Positions 29,103-37,947 of a stretch of 64,000 nt of DNA are shown piece by piece (position 1 is the stretch's first letter; the number at the start of each line of letters is the position of its first letter). The DNA is from a virus. The stretch is taken from IMG/VR virus record IMGVR_UViG_3300039106_000653, positions 5,388 through 69,387 of that record. The stretch is one strand, 5' to 3'. The position numbers and the translations under genes are program-made. Under the pieces are notes generated by a model. That model did no database searches. It saw only the letters and a program-made list of their open reading frames with translations, and was not told the DNA's origin.

Positions 29103-29519
29103 TTATAAAGAAAATATCCCTGATGCATTGAAGGTTATATTAATATTCCCGCCATTTGGTGTAATCGGTAATCCAGTGACACCAGTATCTATATATGCAA
29201 TCAAAGGCCAAGTTGTGTTAGCACCTGCATTCTTGCGATATAGCACTAATGCTTCTACGCTTGCTCCCGTTACTGACGAGAATGTGACATCGTTACCATC
29301 GAATACGCCGTTGACTTGTGTCTTGGCTGTAATCTCTTGGTCAGTACCTACCACGCCTGTTAGGGAGCTATAAAACTGATGTGCTGCATTGTAGGTATAG
29401 GTTCCAGTATCAACCAAAGCCACATAAACACCTGTAGCACCCTCTTCTGAGTTAAGAAGGTTATTTGATGTTCCTTTCATAAGTTCTTGCTTATAAAGAG
29501 GGTAAACAGAATTAGCCAT
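29103..29519 (-). CDS. Conserved virion structural protein
   Basis: YNAAHQFYSSL...GVFDGNDVTF...PITPNGGNINITF pattern. Confidence 0.7.
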   Translation of the reverse strand: MANSVYPLYKQELMKGTSNNLLNSEEGATGVYVALVDTGTYTYNAAHQFYSSLTGVVGTDQEITAKTQVNGVFDGNDVTFSSVTGASVEALVLYRKNAGANTTWPLIAYIDTGVTGLPITPNGGNINITFNASGIFSL

Positions 29520-29522
29520 TAA

Positions 29523-29825
29523 TTACTTGCTCTCTTTGATAATAATTGATTGCATTTTGCCGTTCTTGTCACGCTGAATAGTAGCTACTACATCACCACG
29601 CTTTTTCTCTGGTTGCTGTAACTGATCTATTCTGTCGTTCATTAATTTGATTTGGTCGAGCACAGATACTAGCTGCTGTTCGTTATAACTGATAACCACT
29701 TCCTGTGGCTTTGTTTCGATTGGCCTTGTTTCGATGATGGGTGCTTCAACCTTTTTAGGTTTCTCGCTTAAATCTATGAAACTGTCAAAGAATGGATGCT
29801 TAGCCATTACTTGCCTTTGCAACAT
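29523..29825 (-). CDS. Hypothetical protein (probable start 29807)
   Basis: C-terminal IQRDKNGKMQSI hairpin motif; TAATG-coupled to the 1504-aa gene. Confidence 0.55.
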   Translation of the reverse strand: MLQRQVMAKHPFFDSFIDLSEKPKKVEAPIIETRPIETKPQEVVISYNEQQLVSVLDQIKLMNDRIDQLQQPEKKRGDVVATIQRDKNGKMQSIIIKESK

Positions 29826-32800
29826 TTAATGAAGTTATCGTACTGTGATATTTTTTCTTCAATATTATTCTCACGAATTTTATCTAGTGCTACTTTACCG
29901 CTAATCTCAGTTCCATTGATTTTAACCTTAACATCACTCAAATCAATACCGCTATTTATTATATCGTCAATACTAATATTCTTGGTATCAATAGCGTTTA
30001 GTTTTTCGGTAAGTTCATCACTAGTTGATTTAAGCTTTTTTAACTGCGCATCAAGTTCTGATTTTGTTTTCTCATATTCAGATAATTTTTTTGAATATTC
30101 TTCTTGAGGTATTTTATCACTATCTGGTTTATTCGTGGTGCTAGAGTTATCAGCTTCATTATTTACAGATAATTCCTCAGCACCTTTACCACTATTATTT
30201 GCATTATCAGATACTTGTTCTTGTGGTTTAGAGATAGTGTTTTCTGGTGATTGAGATAATAAATGCTCTGCGTAATCTAATCCTATTTTACCAATAGCCT
30301 TTTGATCTAAATGATATTCACCATCAGGACTAACTAATTTACGCGATGTTTCTTTGTAATTGTTTTTGTCTGATAGCTTTTCCTTTAGCTTTTTCAGCTC
30401 AATATTATTTAGTCTTAATGGGTGCGCAGGAGCATCATGCTCACTTAGCTTCTGTTCGTCTTTGTGATATTTATCATAATTAATTTCACTTTCTTCCTTG
30501 ATAGTCCAACCGTTATTTACTCGATTTTCAATAACATCCTTTAGTGTTCTGTTTCCGTCTTTATCAGGCGCGTATTCTTTGGTTAGCTTGGATTTGGCTT
30601 GACCTTTACCTAGCTTGTCTTTTTTATTCAGAAATTCATCAAAGCTATCTGGTTTTACTTTAATATTATTAGGTTGACCTATGTCTCCGAATTTAGCTTC
30701 GGGAACATCATTAACCGCACCCTCAGCATCAGCCTTGGGTGCAGCGTTATCTAACAGCCTTTCTTCTTGCCCGGTTTCATCGGTGGCATTGGCTTCATTG
30801 GTTTTTGCTTCATCTTTATTCTCCGTTGTGGTTGTGGGTTTTTCTACTACATACCATCGCTTACTGTCTTTAACGGCATGATGGGTGTCTGTTAGATTGT
30901 TATCAGCTATGTGTTTATCAGCAACTTTCTTTGTGAGGAAGTTTAAGCTGCCTTGACCACTGTTATCATCGCCTCTGGCTTCAGCCTGACTCGCATCTTC
31001 ACCTTTGCTTCTGGCACTTGAACTCCCAGCCTGTCCTGTAACTTGTGAATCTGCGACTGCTGGTACAATAGTTTCTGCTCCATTCTCGCCATTTGCTCCT
31101 GCATTCGTTTTATTTGTTTTGTCATTATTCTCTGTAAGTTTCTGGTAATCTTTTAGTGCTATATCTGGTACATTCTTTTTATCTCTAATAGCATTACTTA
31201 CGATTTCCTTGTAAGTAGCAACTGCACCATCTTCATTGAATGGTTTATCTGGTCTGTATTTAGCGTGAGATGCTTTGCTGTTATTAACATATTCATCCAG
31301 AGTCATTTGATAAAAAGGTTTAGGCTTCGGCTTGGAATCCTGTTGTTCTTCAGGCTCTTTTACTACAGGCTTAGGCTTATCTACCTGATTATCTATGTCA
31401 AATAACGGATCAAGATTATCAATATTTCTTATTCTTGAGCGATCAAATCTACCATTGAGATAACCATCTAACTTGCCAAGATCATTAGCTTTGCGTAATT
31501 CACTCCGCTTATCTAAAATCTCATTAGCCTCTGATTCAGTAAAACCCTTAGACTTAAAGTAGTCTATGGCTTTCTGGTTTCCACTAAGATCAACAGATTG
31601 ATCTAAAGCATCGTTAGCTTTCTGATCTTGTACTGGTGGCGTAATTGCTTCTTTAGCCGCAATGCTTTCAGGCCGATTAGTTTCCTGCTGGTTTGCATTC
31701 TCTTTACTAATATTTTGTGATTCAGTTGCAATATCAGTAAGGGTATTCCGAGTCTCTTGTTCTTTCTCTTGATTAGCGGGTAGTACATCGTTATTTTCTT
31801 GATTGGTAGCGAAATCAGTTTCATTGCCAGATAATAAGTTACTGACTTCACTAGGATTACTTGCTTGACCGTTGCTTGACTGAGAAATCTGTTTTGACAA
31901 TTCCTCTTGAGCTTTGCTATAAGGTATAAAATTAATATCAGGGTATTGCTTTTTTAGTGTTGGTATCGTACTGGCTACATGATCTGAAACTAGAACATTA
32001 GTTATACCGTATTCTCTAATTGTTTTTCCTGGTGCTGAAGTAACTATAAACGCACCGTCTTTATATGCACCACCAGCCGAACCAAGGTGTAATGAGCCTT
32101 GATTTCCTTTGGTTACTAATGGAGCAGTATCAAAACCTCTATCTTTGTTTACGCCATGATTTAATAAGTATAGCAAGCTACCTAATTGATTAGATTTTGC
32201 TATTCCATGTGCATCAAATTGCGAACCAATATCACTATCTACGCCGCCACCTTCATGCCATGATTCAAAGTGGTCATGATTGTTTTTGGTCAGCTCGCCA
32301 TTTTCATCGGTTTTAAAGTAATTACTATTATAAGCGTCCCTTATTTCTTTATTTTTATTTGCTAGAAGCTCTTTATTTGCTGAAATTTGCTGGTCAAACT
32401 TTCCTTTACCACTTGTACTAAGTAAATATTGTTTTACTTCATCTTCTATTTGTTCGACTGTTTTACCATTAGTTGTTATGCCATTTTTTCTAGCACTATT
32501 GATAGCATTATCAAGTCTAAATTTCTGATCTTCAGCTAGTGAATCATTCGTAACGACTGGTTCGCTCTGTGGCGTTGCACTTCCTGGCTCTCCAACATTA
32601 GTCGGTACTTCACTATCTGGCTGTTCTGAGCTAGCAGGATTTGGCGTTGCTGCTCTACTATCTGGTGTAACTGTTGGTTCTCCTGTTGGAGTTCCTGTAG
32701 TTGTGTTTGCGTTATCTGGGATTGTGGCATTAATTGCCTCTGGTTTATTTAAAGCGGATAACCGTTGAATCAACTCTCTAGTCGCTGCGTTTTTCTGCGC

Positions 32801-34321
32801 TCTAAGTTCTTCTGGTGTTTGATCGAAAGCATCAGACTCAATTAATCCTGCTACTGGCTGTCTTAGCGCGGCATCTGGTGGTAGTAATTCGCCTTCTAAT
32901 GGAGAAGGAATTACATCAGGTTGTGATTGCTGTCTTTCAACTGGTAGCTGCGATGGCTGCTCTGAAAGTGTACTGATAATAGGATTAATGTTATCAGTCG
33001 TTTTACCAGCATTACTGACCAATTCATCAGCGACTCTTAGTGATTCGTCTAGTGATGTATTAGGGTTGACTATATCGCCAGGGTTGACTGATTGTCTTGC
33101 TTGCTCTCTTATACGATCTGATGCTTGATTGAGTAAATCATTCTGCTCTTGAGTTGTGCCATCAGAGTATGGAGTAGATGCTCTAGCTTCTCTGGTAATG
33201 TCATCAAACTGCTGTGGTGTTATATTGCCCTGTCCAGTGGATTGATTAGCTTGACTTATCTCCTGATCTACAGCTTGACCTAATGCACTCGGTCTATCAA
33301 CAGGCCGAGGACTCAATACACCTGCAACACCACCGATAGCACCACCACCGATAGCACCCATTGCACCTGCTGTTCTTGCTTGTGCATGTGCTTCGTCAGA
33401 GTTCCAGTCATTACCTTTACCAGCTTCTTCAAGCAAGGTTTGACCATATTCTGTACCATATTCTGCGGGAGCTGTTGTAATACCACCTATCGCACCTCGT
33501 ACAGCGCGATTACTGTTCTTCATGAACGGCAATTTACCCGCTAAGGCATCAAGCCCTAACTTATCACCCGCCGCTTCTAATCCACCTGCTGCTAATGTAG
33601 CTGCAAAACCTTTGCCGATTTCATCAGCGGTAAGTGTTCTATTTTCATCTTGTGTTTTCTGCGCTAGGCCGCCACCTATCTCACCACCTTCTTGCGCTGT
33701 ACCCATTCCGTACAATGCTGCGGCTGAACCTATATTTGCAACTTTTTGTGTAACAAGCTTGGTAGCTTCTTGCTCAGAAACGCCTTTAGCAATTTCCTTG
33801 GCGACTTCTTTTTCGATATAGTTTTTAGCTATAGCCTTAGCACCAATAGAGCCTAATCCTGCGGTCAGGAATGCTTGTGCTCCTTGCGATACAGCATGAC
33901 CTAGACCATACTGAGCAAAATCCACTAATGCGCTTAAATCGCCTTCTTTGGCCTTATTTAGTGAGTAGTCCCATTCGTCACTAGGTTTAGCAGTTTTAGC
34001 TATTTCTTGTTGGCCTTCTTGGTATTTTCCAAGTAGTCCGTTTTTAATGCCTGTCGCTAATCCACCTTCACCGACTGCGCTTTCAGCGGTAGCAGCAAGT
34101 CCAGCACCTAAGCCATATAGCGTAGTCGGTACTTGTTTGATGTCGTCTTTGATGCCTCGATAGAAGTCGCTATCATCTTTGGGTTGTTCTGGTTCGGCAT
34201 CTTTATTAATGATGCTACCATCGGCGGTATAACCTAGCTTTTGTAGTGCTGATGATAATTCATCATCATTTAAGTCATCAAGACCAGGGTTTAATCTTCT
34301 AAAAGAACTTAAATCTGCCAT
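29807..34321 (-). CDS. Large ejection/internal virion protein
   Basis: A/G-rich helical N-terminal half (EYGTEYGQTLLE, GAMGAIGGGAIGG) followed by Q/E/P-rich linkers; follows the SLT protein. Confidence 0.75.
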   Translation of the reverse strand: MADLSSFRRLNPGLDDLNDDELSSALQKLGYTADGSIINKDAEPEQPKDDSDFYRGIKDDIKQVPTTLYGLGAGLAATAESAVGEGGLATGIKNGLLGKYQEGQQEIAKTAKPSDEWDYSLNKAKEGDLSALVDFAQYGLGHAVSQGAQAFLTAGLGSIGAKAIAKNYIEKEVAKEIAKGVSEQEATKLVTQKVANIGSAAALYGMGTAQEGGEIGGGLAQKTQDENRTLTADEIGKGFAATLAAGGLEAAGDKLGLDALAGKLPFMKNSNRAVRGAIGGITTAPAEYGTEYGQTLLEEAGKGNDWNSDEAHAQARTAGAMGAIGGGAIGGVAGVLSPRPVDRPSALGQAVDQEISQANQSTGQGNITPQQFDDITREARASTPYSDGTTQEQNDLLNQASDRIREQARQSVNPGDIVNPNTSLDESLRVADELVSNAGKTTDNINPIISTLSEQPSQLPVERQQSQPDVIPSPLEGELLPPDAALRQPVAGLIESDAFDQTPEELRAQKNAATRELIQRLSALNKPEAINATIPDNANTTTGTPTGEPTVTPDSRAATPNPASSEQPDSEVPTNVGEPGSATPQSEPVVTNDSLAEDQKFRLDNAINSARKNGITTNGKTVEQIEDEVKQYLLSTSGKGKFDQQISANKELLANKNKEIRDAYNSNYFKTDENGELTKNNHDHFESWHEGGGVDSDIGSQFDAHGIAKSNQLGSLLYLLNHGVNKDRGFDTAPLVTKGNQGSLHLGSAGGAYKDGAFIVTSAPGKTIREYGITNVLVSDHVASTIPTLKKQYPDINFIPYSKAQEELSKQISQSSNGQASNPSEVSNLLSGNETDFATNQENNDVLPANQEKEQETRNTLTDIATESQNISKENANQQETNRPESIAAKEAITPPVQDQKANDALDQSVDLSGNQKAIDYFKSKGFTESEANEILDKRSELRKANDLGKLDGYLNGRFDRSRIRNIDNLDPLFDIDNQVDKPKPVVKEPEEQQDSKPKPKPFYQMTLDEYVNNSKASHAKYRPDKPFNEDGAVATYKEIVSNAIRDKKNVPDIALKDYQKLTENNDKTNKTNAGANGENGAETIVPAVADSQVTGQAGSSSARSKGEDASQAEARGDDNSGQGSLNFLTKKVADKHIADNNLTDTHHAVKDSKRWYVVEKPTTTTENKDEAKTNEANATDETGQEERLLDNAAPKADAEGAVNDVPEAKFGDIGQPNNIKVKPDSFDEFLNKKDKLGKGQAKSKLTKEYAPDKDGNRTLKDVIENRVNNGWTIKEESEINYDKYHKDEQKLSEHDAPAHPLRLNNIELKKLKEKLSDKNNYKETSRKLVSPDGEYHLDQKAIGKIGLDYAEHLLSQSPENTISKPQEQVSDNANNSGKGAEELSVNNEADNSSTTNKPDSDKIPQEEYSKKLSEYEKTKSELDAQLKKLKSTSDELTEKLNAIDTKNISIDDIINSGIDLSDVKVKINGTEISGKVALDKIRENNIEEKISQYDNFIKCCKGK

Positions 34322-36132
34322 TAATTAAATCCAAGTAATCCTGATTTATAAGAACCTAGCCGTTTTGATTTGCTTACAGCATCAGGGTAATCATTAACCG
34401 TTGATTCTGGATTACTAATAAATTCTTTTTGCTGCTCTGGCGTCATATTCTCGAATACTCTACGCTGACTATCTGTTAATGAATTTAATATTTCTTGTTT
34501 TATTGAATCAATACTGAACTTATTTTTTTCAAAAGTATCTAATACTTTTTTAGGGTCATCTGATTTAATAATTGCCTGCTGAACTATATCTGGGAATTTG
34601 TTGATACGAGCAATATCTTTACTATCAAATCCAGGTTCATTATCGCTGGATGCAACATTAGCTTGGCTTTCTTGCTTGGGTTCAGTAGAAGTACCTTTTC
34701 CTAGTTTTCTAATTTCATCTTGCAAAGCTGATGATGTTATTACTTGTCCATTATAAGTAGGCACGCCATTGGTAAATGTAGATGCCAGTGCTAATGTTTT
34801 AGCGCCTTGAATATCACCTGTTGTATCAACATAGTTTCTGAATAATGCTAATCGCTCATTCTTGTTATCATAAGGTTCGCCACTGTCTTTGGCTTCAGTA
34901 AATAAATGATCTACTAGGTCGCTTTGGGTTTCTTTAAATTCTTTGCGCTGATCTTTGTTTAAGTAAAAAGGCTCTTGTTTTTTAGCAGCAACAGTTTTTT
35001 CTTGAGGTAACTCTTTGGAGTTATCAGGATTTGTATCTTGTTTTGTTCCATCAAATTTCTTGGCATACCCAAGAACATCATTGACATAACTTTGATTATT
35101 AACCCCATTAGCGACACCTTCTGCTCCTGCATTATGTGCTGCAATAGCCTTTTCTACACTACCAAATCTATTGACATTTTCAGCAAAAGCTTTAACAGCA
35201 CCATTAATACTCTGTACAGGGTCGTTTCTATCTGCAATACCATAGTCTTTAGCAAAACCCTCATGTGATTGAACTAAACCTACAGCTTTTCCACCATCAC
35301 CAATAGCTTTCGGGTTAAAACTACTTTCTTGAGCAATAATACCTTTGATATAGTTTTTGTATGAATCATCCAAGCCATTAGCCTTGAGCGCCTTAGATAT
35401 TTCATCATCATAAGCCGAACTATTAGCCGGAATAGATTTATTACTTGGACTTGATGTTGATGCTTCTTGGTTAGACTGTTTGCCATATCCTAGTAGCGAA
35501 TTACTAAACGCATCATCAATACTTAAAAGCTTATCTCGTCTTTTATAAAGAGCGTCCTCTTGTTCTTTATTTTGGAAAGAACCATTCTTAATTAAATCTT
35601 CTACAGTTTTTAAACTTTCGTCATTGGCTTTCTTAAATTCAAGCAATGTTTTATATTGATTACTATCTTTAGCGTTTAGTTTACCAACGGCATTACCGTT
35701 TTCATCATAGATTACACCTGCCCTACGCTGCTCGGAACCAGCATCGTAGTAATCCGCTTGCTTGTTCTTTAAATTAACATCGCTAGTAGCTTGCTTAGAA
35801 TCGGTTATAGCGCGATTAGCTGCCATTAAATCTGGATTATTAGCGTCATCAATGGTTTGCTTTCTGTTAAATTCAGCTTTAGGAGCTTCACCTGCAATTT
35901 GAGCTTCTGCAATTAATCTTGCTCTATTTGCATCTGTAAGCTTAGCCTCGTTTCTTTGATCTGTTTTTTGCGCATATTGATCTTCAATCTCAAGACTTTT
36001 CGCTTTGTTATCAAGCGCGTATTTTTGCTGAAGCGCTAGTCTGTTATTTTCAATATCTTCATCAATATACTTATTTGCCAAAGTTGCTGCGCCTGCACCA
36101 ACACCACCAAAGAATGAAAGTAGTCCAGACAT
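34321..36132 (-). CDS. Ejection protein with a lytic transglycosylase (SLT) domain
   Basis: QESSFNPKA..D..KAVGLVQ...AAHNAG...YV motifs. Confidence 0.85.
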   Translation of the reverse strand: MSGLLSFFGGVGAGAATLANKYIDEDIENNRLALQQKYALDNKAKSLEIEDQYAQKTDQRNEAKLTDANRARLIAEAQIAGEAPKAEFNRKQTIDDANNPDLMAANRAITDSKQATSDVNLKNKQADYYDAGSEQRRAGVIYDENGNAVGKLNAKDSNQYKTLLEFKKANDESLKTVEDLIKNGSFQNKEQEDALYKRRDKLLSIDDAFSNSLLGYGKQSNQEASTSSPSNKSIPANSSAYDDEISKALKANGLDDSYKNYIKGIIAQESSFNPKAIGDGGKAVGLVQSHEGFAKDYGIADRNDPVQSINGAVKAFAENVNRFGSVEKAIAAHNAGAEGVANGVNNQSYVNDVLGYAKKFDGTKQDTNPDNSKELPQEKTVAAKKQEPFYLNKDQRKEFKETQSDLVDHLFTEAKDSGEPYDNKNERLALFRNYVDTTGDIQGAKTLALASTFTNGVPTYNGQVITSSALQDEIRKLGKGTSTEPKQESQANVASSDNEPGFDSKDIARINKFPDIVQQAIIKSDDPKKVLDTFEKNKFSIDSIKQEILNSLTDSQRRVFENMTPEQQKEFISNPESTVNDYPDAVSKSKRLGSYKSGLLGFN

Positions 36133-36707
36133 TATTTACCTTTAAACCCTAAAAGACCTTTTGGCGATTCTTGTTTTTGCTTGGATTCGTTTTTAACTTG
36201 ATCTATTTGTTGTTGCAATTCACCATTACTTGCTTTCTGCTGTAATTCAGTAAGATACTGTTGCAATAAAGCAGGGTCATATTCACCCTTATGAATGTTC
36301 AAATATGTTTTCATAACTATTTGAGTTACATAATTTGTTTCATCAGTAGTTAACGGCTTTCTACCAGTAGCCTCGATGTCTTGCATCAAATCAGCTAAAG
36401 TAGTTTGTCCTGCGGCAAAAGCCGTGCGAAGCTCAATTACACCTGTTTCTTTGTAAATAGCATCCAGGATACCCAATACGGCCTGAGATATTGCTTGAGT
36501 TCTATCGCCTTTATCATATGCAGCAATGATTTCTTTAAAAACTTCATCGCGATAGAGTTTGTTTGAAATAAATTGTCTGACTTGCAAGAAGTAATTTAAA
36601 AACTGTTGCTTAAACTGCGGATCATTTTCATTTGGCATTTTCAACATATTAAGCACCTGCTCCAATAGGAACCCACATTCCAGCTTGAGGATTCCACATT
36701 CTGTCAC
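36132..36707 (-). CDS. Probable internal virion protein (probable start 36647)
   Basis: Position in the ejection cluster; ends GLLGFKGK. Confidence 0.55.
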   Translation of the reverse strand: MTECGILKLECGFLLEQVLNMLKMPNENDPQFKQQFLNYFLQVRQFISNKLYRDEVFKEIIAAYDKGDRTQAISQAVLGILDAIYKETGVIELRTAFAAGQTTLADLMQDIEATGRKPLTTDETNYVTQIVMKTYLNIHKGEYDPALLQQYLTELQQKASNGELQQQIDQVKNESKQKQESPKGLLGFKGK

Positions 36708-37500
36708 CTACCACTATGGGTGCTGATTGAATACCTGTGTTCGCTCTAACATCTTTTAGTCTATCTCTTGAGGCGTCAATTTGCATTTGAGCTGTTTGTT
36801 TTTGAGCATCTGCTGTTGAATAACTTGCAATTCCGCTACCCAGTAAGCCAACTATCTCTTTATTGTCTTTTAAAAATCCACCAACGCCACTTAATAAACT
36901 TGAATTTGATTCTTGTCCTACATTAGAGTTTTGCGCAACTTGCTGACTAACTGCGGTTGGCTGGGTTTCTGAATGCTTAGATTGCGACGGTATATAAACT
37001 TGCGGAGTATCTTGAGATTCCGCTGGAAGTAAATTTGGCTTACTTTGCTCTATGCTTGATAGATTTGGCGTTATTGATTGCTGTAATGCTTGTTGATTAG
37101 TTGGATTTGTTAATTGCTGTGGGTCATAATTATCCTCAGCAATAGGCTTTGCATTTAAGGCGCTATTAAATCTTGGGGTAAGTGATTGATCTGGTGTTTT
37201 TACGTTATTTTGAACTAGTCCAATTTTATTATCAAGAACATTCTCTCCGCCAGAATCACTAGAATTACCGCTAAGCGCACTTCCTGTATTAAATAGATTC
37301 TTGACTGGTGTTATTGCGGTTGAGCCTAATGCTAAACCTCCTGCAACCATACCAAGACCGCCCATAACATCCCCATCTACAGCTTTTGCAATACCTAATC
37401 CTACAGTAGCTACTGAAACCACCGCTGTAACTACAGCTCCTACTGCTGTTGCTGTTGCTGTTGAAACTCCCACCGCAATTAATGCCGCTGAAATACTCAT
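36649..37500 (-). CDS. Ejection/DNA-transfer pilot protein
   Basis: Hydrophobic A/G/V-rich N-terminus, Q/S-rich body; follows the GNAT gene. Confidence 0.65.
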   Translation of the reverse strand: MSISAALIAVGVSTATATAVGAVVTAVVSVATVGLGIAKAVDGDVMGGLGMVAGGLALGSTAITPVKNLFNTGSALSGNSSDSGGENVLDNKIGLVQNNVKTPDQSLTPRFNSALNAKPIAEDNYDPQQLTNPTNQQALQQSITPNLSSIEQSKPNLLPAESQDTPQVYIPSQSKHSETQPTAVSQQVAQNSNVGQESNSSLLSGVGGFLKDNKEIVGLLGSGIASYSTADAQKQTAQMQIDASRDRLKDVRANTGIQSAPIVVGDRMWNPQAGMWVPIGAGA

Positions 37501-37946
37501 CTTTCTATCTCCAATCTGTAAGTAAACCCGGTTGTTTTATAACCGCATCTATGAATTATTTTTGTTAAATCTAGCCCTGATGTTGTTCTCAAACTTATAT
37601 ACTTAACTCGATCAAAACCTTTAGCCCACTCTGTAAACTCTTGATATAGTTTTAACGCGCCACCACGACCACGCGCATTTGGAAGTATAAAAATAGTTAT
37701 ACCTTCAGCTTGCATATCCGAACTAAACCAAGACCTAACTATGCGACCACAGAATGCACCTACAAGATTGTTTTTATCGTCATAATATCCTTTACAGAAG
37801 TAATCAGGATGGTGCAATATCTCTGTTAGCGTCTTAGTCACTATTTCGTCATCTATCCTGTCCCAATATTTGACATCCTGTACGCCAATCTTTGCTAGAT
37901 TTATGATTTCAGGAATTTCATCTAAACTTAAATATCTAGTTTCCAT
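37497..37946 (-). CDS. GNAT-fold acetyltransferase in the virion operon
   Basis: IFILPNARGRGGALKL acetyl-CoA motif. Confidence 0.8.
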   Translation of the reverse strand: METRYLSLDEIPEIINLAKIGVQDVKYWDRIDDEIVTKTLTEILHHPDYFCKGYYDDKNNLVGAFCGRIVRSWFSSDMQAEGITIFILPNARGRGGALKLYQEFTEWAKGFDRVKYISLRTTSGLDLTKIIHRCGYKTTGFTYRLEIER

Positions 37947-37947
37947 A

